A stretch of 64,000 nucleotides of DNA from assembly GCA_937927875.1 (NCBI GenBank), contig CALEYV010000037.1, positions 21,221 to 85,220 on the forward strand. Reading direction: 5' to 3'. The stretch is from an uncultured Actinomycetes bacterium. GTDB taxonomy: Bacteria > Actinomycetota > Acidimicrobiia > IMCC26256 > PALSA-555. The position numbers were made by a program, and so were the translations under genes. Under the pieces are notes generated by a model. The model was given only the letters and a program-made list of their open reading frames with translations. It was not told the DNA's origin and did not search any database. Shown in pieces: positions 41,165 through 50,594 of the stretch (positions are counted from its first letter, which is position 1; each line of letters opens with the position of its first letter).

Positions 41165-42281
41165 GCCACGGGGCGAGATCCCGGCGCATCACCTCGAGGT
41201 AGCGGTCCTCCAGCTCGGCCAGCACGAACCGGCGCCCGAGCGCCGCCGCCGCCCGGCCCACCGTGCCGACGCCGGCGAAGGGGTCGAGCACGACGTCGTC
41301 CTCGAAGGACCAGTAGCGGATGACGCGCTCGGCGAGCGCGACCGGGAACACGGCCGGGTGGTCGGCCCGGCTGCTCGGCGCGATCCGCCAGACGTTGGTC
41401 CGCTCGTAGTCGTCGTCGATCCGGGACCGGTCCACCGCGTCGGGGTCGTGGTGGGCGCGGATGTTCCAGTCGAGCAGCCGGTCGGTGCGGGCCCGGTACA
41501 CGAGCACGTACTCGGTGACCGGCACCGCCTTGTACTGCAGCGGGCGGCGGTCGGCGGCGAACCGACGGCCCCGTCCGGTGGCCCACCCCGCGCCCTCCGG
41601 CTTCTCCCAGATGATGTCGTCGACGAAGTCGAAGTCCTCCTCGACGAGGATGCGGTGCAGGTCGAACGGCACCGCCAGCCGCCGCGACGACTCGGACCGG
41701 CTGGCCCGGCGCAGCAGCACCGGCGCCGTGTTCAGCACGAGGAAGCGCCCCTCGGCCAGCAGCCGGCGGCACTGCCGTAGCACCCGGCGCATTTTGTCGA
41801 GGTAGGCGCCGTAGTCGACGAAGTCGCCGGCGTCGGGGCGGGCGTTGAAGTACGGCGGCGACGTGAACACGAGGTCGACGGCGCCGTCGGGGAGCTCGGC
41901 GAGCGTGCGCTCGGCGTCGCCGGCGAGCACGCAGCTCGAGAGCGGCGACCGGGTGATGACCGGCGCGCGTGACCGGACCGGGCGGCGCTCGGCGGGGCGG
42001 GCGAGCCGGGCCCGCACCGTCGCGACGTCGGTCGTGCGCGCCGCGTCGACCTCGCCCGACCGGGCGTCGAGCACCACCTCGCCGACCCGCACCGTCGACG
42101 AGGCGGCCAGCAGCGGCACCCGCCACACGTGGTAGCGGTCGTCGACCTCCGGCAGCCCGAAGGAGAGCGACCGCCGCAGCCGCCAGGCCCGCGCCTGGTC
42201 GGCGGCCCGGGCCCGGGCCTCCTCGACCGTGCGGACCTCGTAGGCGCGCTCCTCGCTGACCAGCTGCGCCCGTTGCGCCAC
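41103..42281 (-). CDS. beta-class N4/N6 DNA methyltransferase with ~120-aa N-terminal extension
   Basis: GTG start at 42281. Motif IV DLVFTSPPY precedes motif I DPFAGVGTVGRAA, the permuted order of the N6_N4_Mtase family. No endonuclease-like gene is adjacent. Confidence 0.85.
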   Translation of the reverse strand: MAQRAQLVSEERAYEVRTVEEARARAADQARAWRLRRSLSFGLPEVDDRYHVWRVPLLAASSTVRVGEVVLDARSGEVDAARTTDVATVRARLARPAERRPVRSRAPVITRSPLSSCVLAGDAERTLAELPDGAVDLVFTSPPYFNARPDAGDFVDYGAYLDKMRRVLRQCRRLLAEGRFLVLNTAPVLLRRASRSESSRRLAVPFDLHRILVEEDFDFVDDIIWEKPEGAGWATGRGRRFAADRRPLQYKAVPVTEYVLVYRARTDRLLDWNIRAHHDPDAVDRSRIDDDYERTNVWRIAPSSRADHPAVFPVALAERVIRYWSFEDDVVLDPFAGVGTVGRAAAALGRRFVLAELEDRYLEVMRRDLAPWLSSPPPPRRGARPGGAATRS

Positions 42282-42329
42282 TCGATGAACGTACCGGTGG
42301 CCGGCGCGCCGGACGCGGTTCTCCAGGCG

Positions 42330-42755
42330 TTAGGCGTCCGCCACGCCGGCCGCGCCCTGGGCGCGCAGCGCGGTCCGGATCAGGGCCGCGTTGGCCTCCA
42401 GGTCGTCGGCGCTGACCGACGCGGCCGCGTTCGAGAGGTGCAGGTCGGCCTCGCCCCGGATCGGGATCAGGTGGAGGTGCGTGTGCGGCACCTCCATGCC
42501 CGCGATGAGGAGCCCGATCCGGGCCGGCCGGAACGCCTCCTGCTGGGCTCGCCCGACGGCCTGGGCCACGTCGAGGAGGTGGTGGGCCAGGTCCGCGTCG
42601 AGGTCGATCCAGTGGTCGACCTCGGCCCGGGGGACCACGAGGGCGTGGCCGGGCCGCACCGGGTTGATGGAGAGGAAGGTGACGCAGCGGTCGTCCCGCC
42701 AGACGAAGACCCCGGGCAGCTCGCCGTCGATGATCCGGGTGAAGACGCTCGGCAC
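42330..42755 (-). CDS. HIT-family nucleotide hydrolase/transferase
   Basis: GTG start at 42755. SVFTRIIDGELPG and the histidine triad HTHLHLIP are present. The upstream two-thirds of the 301-aa track ORF is rejected. Confidence 0.88.
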   Translation of the reverse strand: MPSVFTRIIDGELPGVFVWRDDRCVTFLSINPVRPGHALVVPRAEVDHWIDLDADLAHHLLDVAQAVGRAQQEAFRPARIGLLIAGMEVPHTHLHLIPIRGEADLHLSNAAASVSADDLEANAALIRTALRAQGAAGVADA

Positions 42756-42809
42756 GGCCGGGATCGTAGGGGCTGAACCCCGGGCCTTCCGGCGCCGATA
42801 AGGGCAGAG

Positions 42810-44273
42810 ATGTTCGACCGCCTGCCTCCCGTCCGGGCCCGCGACGTCGAGCCCCTCGGCGCCTTCCGGCCCAGCGCGGCCCGGCCCCTCCCGCCGCTCC
42901 GCCCGATCGCCGACTTCGTCGGTCTGCCGGACGGCGGGCGCGCGGTGCCGACCGAGCAGAAGCTCCTTGTCGCCGGCGGGGGAGCCGTCGCGTGGCTTCT
43001 GGTAGCCACCGTCGTCGCGTTGCTCACCAGCGGCGGCCTCGCGGGCACGGTGTCCTGGCCCTACGCGCTGCTGCTCGGCGCGCTGACGGTCAGCCTCCCG
43101 GCCGGCGTCGCCGCGTTCCGCACCCTCGGCCTGCTGCTCGACGAGACGCCACCGGTGCAGCACCTGCGGCCGGTCACACCGGTGACGGTCGTCCTCACCG
43201 CCGACGACTCGGGCGCCGCGCTCACGACGCTGCACTCACTGGCGTCCCAGGACTACAGCGGCCCGCGCCGGGTCGTCCTCGCGGCGCGCGACGCGGTGGT
43301 CGCGGGCGAGGTGGCCCGCGCCGCGCTCGACCTGCGGCTCGACTGCGAGGTCGTCGCCGACGGCGGCGACACCCCGGCCCGCACCGCCGCCCTCGGCCGC
43401 GTCGCGACCCCGCTCGTGCTGGCCGTCGAGCCCGGCGCCGTGCTCCACCCGTCGACGCTGCGCCTGCTGGTGGCGCGCCTCGAGTCGGCACCGTCGGACG
43501 CGGTCGCCGTCTCCGCGCACGCGCTGGTGCGCAACCGCGACCCGGGTCGGCTCGCCGAGGGCCTCGCGGCCGGCTGGCTGCTCGAGCTCGACGCGACCCG
43601 CCGGCTCGAGGACCTCTTCGCCGGCCCGCTGGCCGGGGGCCGGGCCTGCCTCCTGGCGCGTGCCGAGGCGCTGCGCGCGGTGCGGGCCTGGTCGGGCGAC
43701 GGCGACAGCGACGCCGAGCTGACGTGGCGGCTCCTCGAGTGTGGCTGGCGGGTGATCAACGAGCCGCTGGCGCTCGTGTTCACGACCTCGATCGTCACCG
43801 TCGCCACGCCGGCCCGGTGGCGCACCGCGGCGGCGCGGGCCGTGCGCGACGCCGCCCGGGCGGCGGGCGGGCTGCCGCGGCTGCCCCGGCCGAGCAGCCG
43901 GGTCCTGGCCGCGTTGGACCGCGCCGTCCCGACCTTCGATCTCGCCTTCACGCTGGCGTGGCTCCAGGCCGTGATCCTCATCGGGTACGGCCACGCCGGG
44001 CTCGTGTTCGTGCACCTGCTGCTGGTGGCCCCGGTGTCGCTGGGCGGCGCCGCGCTCGAGCGGCGGCGCCACCGGGAGGTGCTCGACGACGCCGGCCTGT
44101 CCCTCGTGGCGCCGAGCGGCGTGCGCGTGGCCGCGCTCCTGGCGCTGCAGGCCGTGCAGTCCCCGGTCGCGGTGTGGAGCCGCCTCCGCAGCTGGCCCCA
44201 CCGGGGAACCCCCGCGGCCGGCCCGTCGACCCTCAGGTGGCGCCTCGGAGCCCCGGCGCGACCGTACGCATGA
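42810..44273 (+). CDS. polytopic GT2-like protein with degenerate catalytic motifs
   Basis: TM helices flank a GT-A-like core (VTVVLTADDSGAALTTLHSLASQDY..). The usual DDGS, DxD and ED positions read AARDAV, AVEPGA and DSDAEL. Confidence 0.6.
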   Translation: MFDRLPPVRARDVEPLGAFRPSAARPLPPLRPIADFVGLPDGGRAVPTEQKLLVAGGGAVAWLLVATVVALLTSGGLAGTVSWPYALLLGALTVSLPAGVAAFRTLGLLLDETPPVQHLRPVTPVTVVLTADDSGAALTTLHSLASQDYSGPRRVVLAARDAVVAGEVARAALDLRLDCEVVADGGDTPARTAALGRVATPLVLAVEPGAVLHPSTLRLLVARLESAPSDAVAVSAHALVRNRDPGRLAEGLAAGWLLELDATRRLEDLFAGPLAGGRACLLARAEALRAVRAWSGDGDSDAELTWRLLECGWRVINEPLALVFTTSIVTVATPARWRTAAARAVRDAARAAGGLPRLPRPSSRVLAALDRAVPTFDLAFTLAWLQAVILIGYGHAGLVFVHLLLVAPVSLGGAALERRRHREVLDDAGLSLVAPSGVRVAALLALQAVQSPVAVWSRLRSWPHRGTPAAGPSTLRWRLGAPARPYA

Positions 44274-45117
44274 ACTCCTGAACCGTCGCCGGCATCCCGA
44301 AGTCGGAGAACTGCAGGACGAAGCCCTGCGCCCCGTTCGCGACGTCGGATGCCAGCGCGTCGACGAGCTCCGGTGCCGTCCCCACCAGCAGCCCGCCCCA
44401 CGACCCGAACCGGCGCTGCGCGACCGCCTCCACCGCGTCGCGATCGGCGCCGTCGGTCACGAAGCCGATCGGGTGCTGCACCGAGACCCGCGCGTCGCCG
44501 GCCAGGGGCCGCAGCTCGGGGAGCCGGTCCGACGCGTACGACGGGCAGTTCCACCAGTCGGCGTGGGCCCGCACCAGCGGCATCGTGAGCTTCGGGCCCG
44601 CGCCGCCGATGTGGATGGGGACCCGCTCCTGCACCGGGGTCGGCCGCCCGATCGCGCCCCGCAACTCGAAGTGGTCGCCCCGGTAGTCGAAGAACTCGCC
44701 GGCGAACATCAGCCGCAGGATCTCGATCGACTCGCCCAGCCGCGCCGCCCGGCGGGCCGGCGGTCCGGCGTCGAAGCCGAACCGGGTGAGCTCGTCCTCG
44801 ACCGAGCCCCACCCGAGCCCCAGCTCGAGCCGCCCGTCGCTGAGGACGTCGAGGGTGGCGGCCATCTTGGCGAGCACGGCGGGATGCCGGAACGGGTCGG
44901 CGGTCACGAGGTGCCCGATGCGGATCGTCGAGGTGCGCGCCGCCAGCACCGGCGCCAGTGTCCATCCGTCGAGGGTGTCGTGCTCGAGCGCGCCGGGCGC
45001 GGCCAGGTGGTCCATGAGCCACACCGAGTCGAAGCCGGCCGCCTCGGCCGCCTGCGCGCGCTCGACGATCGTGTCGGCGCGCATCCGCAGCTGGGGGAGG
45101 AACAAGCCGAGCCACAT
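44233..45117 (-). CDS. LLM-class (luciferase-like) flavin/F420-dependent oxidoreductase
   Basis: MWLGLFLPQ.., AAGFDSVWLMDH and GRLELGLGWG are present. ATG 45117 is preferred; an alternative GTG lies at 45138. Confidence 0.8.
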   Translation of the reverse strand: MWLGLFLPQLRMRADTIVERAQAAEAAGFDSVWLMDHLAAPGALEHDTLDGWTLAPVLAARTSTIRIGHLVTADPFRHPAVLAKMAATLDVLSDGRLELGLGWGSVEDELTRFGFDAGPPARRAARLGESIEILRLMFAGEFFDYRGDHFELRGAIGRPTPVQERVPIHIGGAGPKLTMPLVRAHADWWNCPSYASDRLPELRPLAGDARVSVQHPIGFVTDGADRDAVEAVAQRRFGSWGGLLVGTAPELVDALASDVANGAQGFVLQFSDFGMPATVQEFMRTVAPGLRGAT

Positions 45118-45143
45118 GGCGGCGAACGGTAGCGTCACGCCGC

Positions 45144-45596
45144 GTGCCTCGATCCCTGCACCACGCCGCGCTGTGCGTCCGGGACGTCGCCGCCAGCCTT
45201 CGCTTCTACCGGGACGGGCTCGGCCTCGTGGTGCTCATGGACGAGCACTTCGACGGCGACTGGCCGGCCCTGTTCGACGCGCCGTCGCGGCAGCTGCACT
45301 CGGTGTTCCTCGGGGAGCCGAGCGCGCCGGAGGCCGGGATCGTCGAGCTGGTCGCGTTCGACGGTGGCGTGGACACCGACTCCCCGGCGCCGCGACCCGA
45401 GACCGGGTTCTTCCTCCTCTCCTTCTTCGTCGACCTCGCGGCGACCCTTGGCCGCCTCGACGAGCTCGGGCTGGGCGCGACGCCGCGCCGAATCGAGCAG
45501 CCGGGACCGGGTGGCGCGAGCGTGGCCATGGCCACCGTGCGCGACCCCGACGGTGTCCTCGTCGAGCTCATCGAGGCGGGGTCGGCCTCGGCGTAG
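45144..45596 (+). CDS. VOC (glyoxalase/bleomycin-resistance/dioxygenase) family protein
   Basis: LHHAALCVRDVAASLRFYRDGLGL is the typical first beta-alpha-beta-beta-beta module; 150 aa. Confidence 0.8.
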   Translation: MPRSLHHAALCVRDVAASLRFYRDGLGLVVLMDEHFDGDWPALFDAPSRQLHSVFLGEPSAPEAGIVELVAFDGGVDTDSPAPRPETGFFLLSFFVDLAATLGRLDELGLGATPRRIEQPGPGGASVAMATVRDPDGVLVELIEAGSASA

Positions 45597-45646
45597 CCTC
45601 ACCAGCCGTGCTCCATCCCGACGTCTCCACCGACGACGCCCGTCGC

Positions 45647-46393
45647 ATGCACGCGGTCGACGGCCGGGTCGTCATCGTGACCGGGTCCGGGCAGGGCGTC
45701 GGGCGCGGGATGGCCAACCATCTGGCCAAGGCCGGCGCCACGGTCGTGATCGCCGACTACCAGCCCGAGAAGGCCCGCCGGACCCGCGACGAGCTGCAGG
45801 CGCTCGGCGCGACCGCGCTCGCGGTCGACGTCGACATCCGGGACCCGCAGTCGATCGACGCCATGGTCGGCCGGGTGGTCGACGAACTCGACCGGGTCGA
45901 CGCCATCATCAACAACGCCCAGACCTTCCGGCCCAACGCCCCGATGGCCGTCGTCGACGCCGGCGACGTCGACGTCTTCTACCAGTCGGGGGTGCTCGGG
46001 ACCCTGCGGGCCATGCAGGCCGTGTACCCGCACATGCGCGACGCGGGCTGGGGCCGCATCGTGAACTTCGCGTCGTCGATGGGGCGGGTCGGCGGCGAGG
46101 GCTTCGGGGCGTACAACGCCTCGAAGGAGGCCATCCGGGCCCTGACCCGCACCGCGGCCCGCGAGTGGGCGAAGGACGGCATCGTCGTGAACGCCATCGC
46201 CCCCGCCGCCGCGCCGCCGCGGGCGGTCGGCTCGGAGCACTACGAGGCGTTCATGCGCGCCTGCCCGGCGGGCCGCAACGGCGACCCCGAGCTCGACATC
46301 GGGCCGGTGGCGCTGTTCCTGTGCTCGGACGCGTGCCGCTTCCTGACCGGCCAGACCTTCATGGTCGACGGCGGCACCTACCTCTGGTCGTAG
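45647..46393 (+). CDS. SDR family oxidoreductase
   Basis: GRVVIVTGSGQGVGRG, NNAQ, YNASKEA (YxxxK) and a C-terminal GQTFMVDGG. An alternative GTG lies at 45608. Confidence 0.85.
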   Translation: MHAVDGRVVIVTGSGQGVGRGMANHLAKAGATVVIADYQPEKARRTRDELQALGATALAVDVDIRDPQSIDAMVGRVVDELDRVDAIINNAQTFRPNAPMAVVDAGDVDVFYQSGVLGTLRAMQAVYPHMRDAGWGRIVNFASSMGRVGGEGFGAYNASKEAIRALTRTAAREWAKDGIVVNAIAPAAAPPRAVGSEHYEAFMRACPAGRNGDPELDIGPVALFLCSDACRFLTGQTFMVDGGTYLWS

Positions 46394-46440
46394 TGGCGAC
46401 GTCGCGGGGCCAAGACGCCGACTGGCGCGACCCGTGGCCG

Positions 46441-46971
46441 ATGAAGGGGGTGCGGCGGGGCGACCCGGAGCCGTCCCCGGGCGCGGCGGCCCTGACCGAC
46501 GACGGCTTCGTCGCCTGCTTCGACGTCGAGACCCTGCCCGGCGACCAGGACGAGTACCAGGACCACCTCAACAACGCGGCCGTGGTCCGCATGTTCAACG
46601 AGCTGCGGACCGCGTACATCGCGGCGCGCTTCGCGCCCGACTGGCCCCGGTACGTCCGCCGCCAGGCGCTGACGGTCGCGGTGCGCGAGTTGCACGTGCT
46701 GTACGAGAGCGAGGGCTGGCTGCACGAGCGCTACGTCGGCGCGACCCGCGTCGCGCAGTCACGCGGGAAGGCGGTGGTGGTCGAGCAGCGGCTCGTCGAG
46801 GCGTCGACGGCCCGACCGCTGGCCCGGGCCTGGGTCCTGCAGCTGCTCGTCGACGCCGACGGGAGCGTGACGGACTGGCCGTCCGTCTTCTGGGACCTGG
46901 TGCAGGACGTGCAGGGATCGCCGGCGATGCGGATCGCCGACCCCGCCCGGCCCGCGTGGGGGCCGCCGTGA
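46441..46971 (+). CDS. hotdog-fold acyl-CoA thioesterase (4HBT-like)
   Basis: DEYQDHLNNAAVVRMFNELR resembles the D..GHVNNA.Y motif of 4HBT thioesterases; 176 aa. Confidence 0.6.
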   Translation: MKGVRRGDPEPSPGAAALTDDGFVACFDVETLPGDQDEYQDHLNNAAVVRMFNELRTAYIAARFAPDWPRYVRRQALTVAVRELHVLYESEGWLHERYVGATRVAQSRGKAVVVEQRLVEASTARPLARAWVLQLLVDADGSVTDWPSVFWDLVQDVQGSPAMRIADPARPAWGPP

Positions 46972-48104
46972 GCGAGCGCGATCCGATCGCGACCCTCGCC
47001 ATCCGGCTCCGGGCCCAGGCCGACTGGTGCGCGGCGCGACCGTCCCCGTTCTACGGCGCGCTCCTCTACCGCATGGCGACCGACACCGAGCAGCGGGGAC
47101 CGACCTGGGACCGGCTCGCCGTCACCGTCGACGACCCGCCCGGCTTCCTCGCCCACCTCGGTCTGCTCGCCGGCGTCCACTATCTCGTGCTCGCCGGCGA
47201 GGCCCCCGACCTCGCGGCCCATTACCCGTCCACGGGCGGCGACGGCGACGCCGAGGCGGCGTGGCCGGCGCTGCGCGCCGTGCTCGCGACGCGCGCGGAG
47301 GCGCTCGACCCGTGGCTGCGGAAGCGGCCCCAGACCAACGAGGTGGGACGCGCCGCGCCGCTGATGAGCGGCCTGCTCGAGGTGGTGGCGGAGACCGGGC
47401 TGCCCGTGCGGCTGCTGGAGATCGGCGCCAGCGCCGGCCTCAACCTGCGCCTCGACCACTTCTGGTACCAGGCCGGCGACCGCGGTGCCGGCGACCCGTC
47501 GTCGTCGGTCCGCTTCGTCGATCTCTGGGAGGGCGGCACGCCGCCGTTCGAGGCGCCGCTCCGCGTCACCGAGCGGGCCGGCTGCGACCGGGCGCCGATC
47601 GACGTGGCGACCGAGGCGGGGCGCCAGACCCTGCTCGCCTACGTGTGGGCCGACCAGACCGACCGGCTCGAACGGCTGCGGGCCGCGTTCGACATCGCGG
47701 CGCGCGTGCCGGTCACCCTCGACCGGGCCGAGGCGCTCGAGTGGCTCCCGGCCCAGCTCGCCGACCCGCCGGCCGGCACGGCCACGGTCGTCTTCCACTC
47801 CATCGTGATGCAGTACTTCAGCGACACCGACGCGGCGCGCTTCCGTGGGATCCTCGCCGAGGCGGGGGCGGGCGCGACCGCGTCCACACCGCTGGCGTGG
47901 CTGCGACTCGAGCCGCGCCGGCTCGTCGACGCGGACGCCGAGCTGCGGCTCACGACGTGGCCGGTGGGGCGGGACCGTCACCTGGCGCGCACGTCGCCGC
48001 ACCTGGGCCCGGTCGTCTACGACGCCGACGACCCCGATCAGGGGCCGAGCGACGCGAGCAGCTCCCCGACCCGCCCGATCGCGCGCGACGACGCCTCGGC
48101 GTAG
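46968..48104 (+). CDS. DUF2332-like protein
   Basis: GTGA overlap with the previous stop. SPFYGALL.., LLEIGASAGLNLRLDHFWY and VVFHSIVMQYF match the family from memory. The last 67 nt overlap the convergent gene. Confidence 0.6.
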   Translation: MSERDPIATLAIRLRAQADWCAARPSPFYGALLYRMATDTEQRGPTWDRLAVTVDDPPGFLAHLGLLAGVHYLVLAGEAPDLAAHYPSTGGDGDAEAAWPALRAVLATRAEALDPWLRKRPQTNEVGRAAPLMSGLLEVVAETGLPVRLLEIGASAGLNLRLDHFWYQAGDRGAGDPSSSVRFVDLWEGGTPPFEAPLRVTERAGCDRAPIDVATEAGRQTLLAYVWADQTDRLERLRAAFDIAARVPVTLDRAEALEWLPAQLADPPAGTATVVFHSIVMQYFSDTDAARFRGILAEAGAGATASTPLAWLRLEPRRLVDADAELRLTTWPVGRDRHLARTSPHLGPVVYDADDPDQGPSDASSSPTRPIARDDASA

Positions 48105-48844
48105 CCCTCCTCGTCGATGCGCGGCCCGATCAGCTCGAGGTCGAACACGCCCCCGTACCCGGCGTCGAGGAGCTGGCCCACGAGGCGTCGCAGCGGGATG
48201 TTCCCGTCGCCGGGGACGAGCCGGTTCGGCGTCGAGAGGGTGCCGACCGCGTAGTCGCTGATCTGGACGATCCGGAACGCGTCGACGTCGTCGGCGAAGG
48301 TGGCGGCGAGGTTCCGCTCCGCCCAGCACGCGTTCAGCTCGACGCAGACGCCGATCCCGAGGCGTCGGGCCAGGTCGACCACGTCGCGCAGCGTGTGCAC
48401 GAAGCCGACGTCGACCCGCAGCGAGTTGGTGTGCTCGAGGCCCATCGGCACGCCCCGGGCGCGGGCGTCGTCGAGCACCGGGTCCAGCGCGGCGGCCAGC
48501 GCGTCGGCGGCGTCCTCCCACGACAGCGGGCCGGCCGGCCCGGTGGTGAGGATGAGGCACTCCGCGCCCGCGGCCTCGGCGGCGTCGAGGGCGCGGCGCA
48601 CCCGGTCCCGCTGCCGGTCCCACTGGGACGGGTCGGCGAGCACGAAGGGCCCGATGCCGATGAGGTTCGTCACCCGCAGCCCGGCGTCGCGGAGGCGCTG
48701 CGCCCCCGCCTCGACGCCGGCCGCCTCGAGCTTGGCGACCGACGCCCCGATGGCCGTGACGCCGGCCTGCTCATAGAAGGCGAGGTCCTCGTCGAGGCTC
48801 CACGAGAAGGTGGAGATCGCGCTCAGCGAGACCCGCGGGTGCAT
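48038..48844 (-). CDS. sugar phosphate isomerase/epimerase (xylose-isomerase-like TIM barrel)
   Basis: Alternating beta/alpha pattern with GLEHTN and ELNACW metal-ligand contexts; 268 aa. Confidence 0.8.
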   Translation of the reverse strand: MHPRVSLSAISTFSWSLDEDLAFYEQAGVTAIGASVAKLEAAGVEAGAQRLRDAGLRVTNLIGIGPFVLADPSQWDRQRDRVRRALDAAEAAGAECLILTTGPAGPLSWEDAADALAAALDPVLDDARARGVPMGLEHTNSLRVDVGFVHTLRDVVDLARRLGIGVCVELNACWAERNLAATFADDVDAFRIVQISDYAVGTLSTPNRLVPGDGNIPLRRLVGQLLDAGYGGVFDLELIGPRIDEEGYAEASSRAIGRVGELLASLGP

Positions 48845-48869
48845 CAGCCGTCGAGCCCGGCGTCCTGGA

Positions 48870-49691
48870 TCATCCGAGCGACGCGGCGCGGGCGATGCTG
48901 CTGCCCCCGTCGAGCTGCAGGTTGATCCCGGTCAGCAGCTCCGACTCCCGGCTGGCCAGGTACACCGACGCGAAGGCGACGTCGGCGGCCTCGCCGAGCC
49001 GGGTGAGGTGCATCGCCTCCAGCCGCTGCCTTCGCTCCGGCGCCAGCTGGGCGTCGCGGCGCTCGTTGATGACGTAGCCGGGGCTGATCGTGTTGCACCG
49101 GATGCCCTCCCGCGCGTACTCGACCGCGATCGAGCGGGTCAGCGCGTTCAGCCCGCCCTTGCTGGCCGCGTAGGCGGCCAGGCCGGGGCTCGGCCGCTCG
49201 GCCTGTCGCGACGACACGTTGATGATCGACCCGTGGCCAGCGTCGATCATGAGCGGGATCGCGGCCTGGCACAGTAGCATCGGCGCGGTCAGGTTGACGC
49301 GCAGGGCGTGCTCCCAGTAGCCGGGCTCGACGTCCCCCACCGTCGCGTCGTGGCCGTCCGGGCTCGCCACCGCGTTGTTGACGAGCACGGTCAGGCCCCC
49401 CAGGGCCTCGGCCGCCGAATCCACGAGCTCGCGGCACGCCGAGGCCAAGTCGAGATCGGCGGTGACGAACGACGCCTGGCCGCCGCCGGCGGCGATCTGG
49501 TCGACGACCGCGGCGCCGCGGCCGGCGTCGCGACCGTGCACGCACACCCGCGCCCCCTGGGCCGCGAACTCGACCGCGATCGCCTTGCCGATGCCGGCCG
49601 TCGACCCGGTGACGAGCGCCCTCTCCCCGGCGAGCCGCACGGCGCGCACCTTATTGGCCGGCGGAAGGGGCCGCGCGCCCCCGTCGCGCAC
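48870..49691 (-). CDS. SDR family oxidoreductase
   Basis: ALVTGSTAGIGKAIA, NNAV and YAASKGG (YxxxK) are present. The start is uncertain; an alternative GTG lies at 49649. Confidence 0.85.
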   Translation of the reverse strand: MRDGGARPLPPANKVRAVRLAGERALVTGSTAGIGKAIAVEFAAQGARVCVHGRDAGRGAAVVDQIAAGGGQASFVTADLDLASACRELVDSAAEALGGLTVLVNNAVASPDGHDATVGDVEPGYWEHALRVNLTAPMLLCQAAIPLMIDAGHGSIINVSSRQAERPSPGLAAYAASKGGLNALTRSIAVEYAREGIRCNTISPGYVINERRDAQLAPERRQRLEAMHLTRLGEAADVAFASVYLASRESELLTGINLQLDGGSSIARAASLG

Positions 49692-49705
49692 GGCACCATG
49701 GACCC

Positions 49706-50587
49706 GTGGGCACGACGGTCGACGCTCGGGCCGGCCGGGCGCTGTGGGTGGCCCTGGCCGCGAACGCGGGGCTGCTCGCGGCCGAAGTCGCGGGCGGCCT
49801 CGTGTTCTCGTCCCTGGCGCTGCTCGCCGACGCCGCGCACCTGGCCACCGACGTGCTCGGGCTCGGCGTCGCGGTGGCCGCCCAGGTCCTGCTGGCCCGC
49901 CCCGCGTCCGGACGCCGCACGTTTGGGCTGCGACGGGCCGAGGCGCTCGGCGCGCAGGTCAACGTGCTGCTGGTGCTCGGCGCGGCGGTGTGGATCGTCG
50001 TCGAGGCGATCGGTCGGCTCGGTGGCAGCCATCGGGTCGACGGGACCGGCGTGCTCGCCATCGCGGCGGTGGCGGTGCTCGTGAACGGCGCCAGCGCGAG
50101 GGTGCTCGCCGCCGCCGGCAGCCGGCGCCTCAACGTGCGGGCCGCGTTCGTGCACCTGGTGACCGATGTCGCCGGCTCGGTCGTGGTCCTCGTGGCGGGG
50201 GTCGGGATCGTCGCCTTCGGGGCCGACTGGCTGGACCCGGTGGCGTCCCTCGCGATCGCGGCGCTGATCGCGTGGGCCACCTGGGGGGTGCTGCGCGATT
50301 CGACGAACGTCCTGCTCGAGGCCGCCCCCCGCCACCTCGAGGTCGGCGACGTCGAGCGGGCGCTGCACGCGGCCCCGGGCGTGGAGGCGGTCCACCACGT
50401 GCACGTCTGGGAGGTCGCCTCCGACCTGCCGGCGCTCTCCGCCCACGTCGTGCTGACCGGCGACCCGTCGCTGCACGACGCGCAGGAGCGCGGCGAGACC
50501 CTGAAGACGATGCTGGCCGAGCGGTTCGGGATCGCCCACGCCACGCTCGAGCTCGAGTGCCACGAGTGCGACACGCCGAGTCACTGA
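49706..50587 (+). CDS. cation diffusion facilitator (CDF) metal efflux transporter
   Basis: Six TM helices with LALLADAAHLATDV (HxxxD, TM2) and VHLVTDVAGS (HxxxD, TM5), plus a C-terminal cytoplasmic domain ending HECDTPSH. Confidence 0.9.
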   Translation: MGTTVDARAGRALWVALAANAGLLAAEVAGGLVFSSLALLADAAHLATDVLGLGVAVAAQVLLARPASGRRTFGLRRAEALGAQVNVLLVLGAAVWIVVEAIGRLGGSHRVDGTGVLAIAAVAVLVNGASARVLAAAGSRRLNVRAAFVHLVTDVAGSVVVLVAGVGIVAFGADWLDPVASLAIAALIAWATWGVLRDSTNVLLEAAPRHLEVGDVERALHAAPGVEAVHHVHVWEVASDLPALSAHVVLTGDPSLHDAQERGETLKTMLAERFGIAHATLELECHECDTPSH

Positions 50588-50594
50588 GCCTCGC

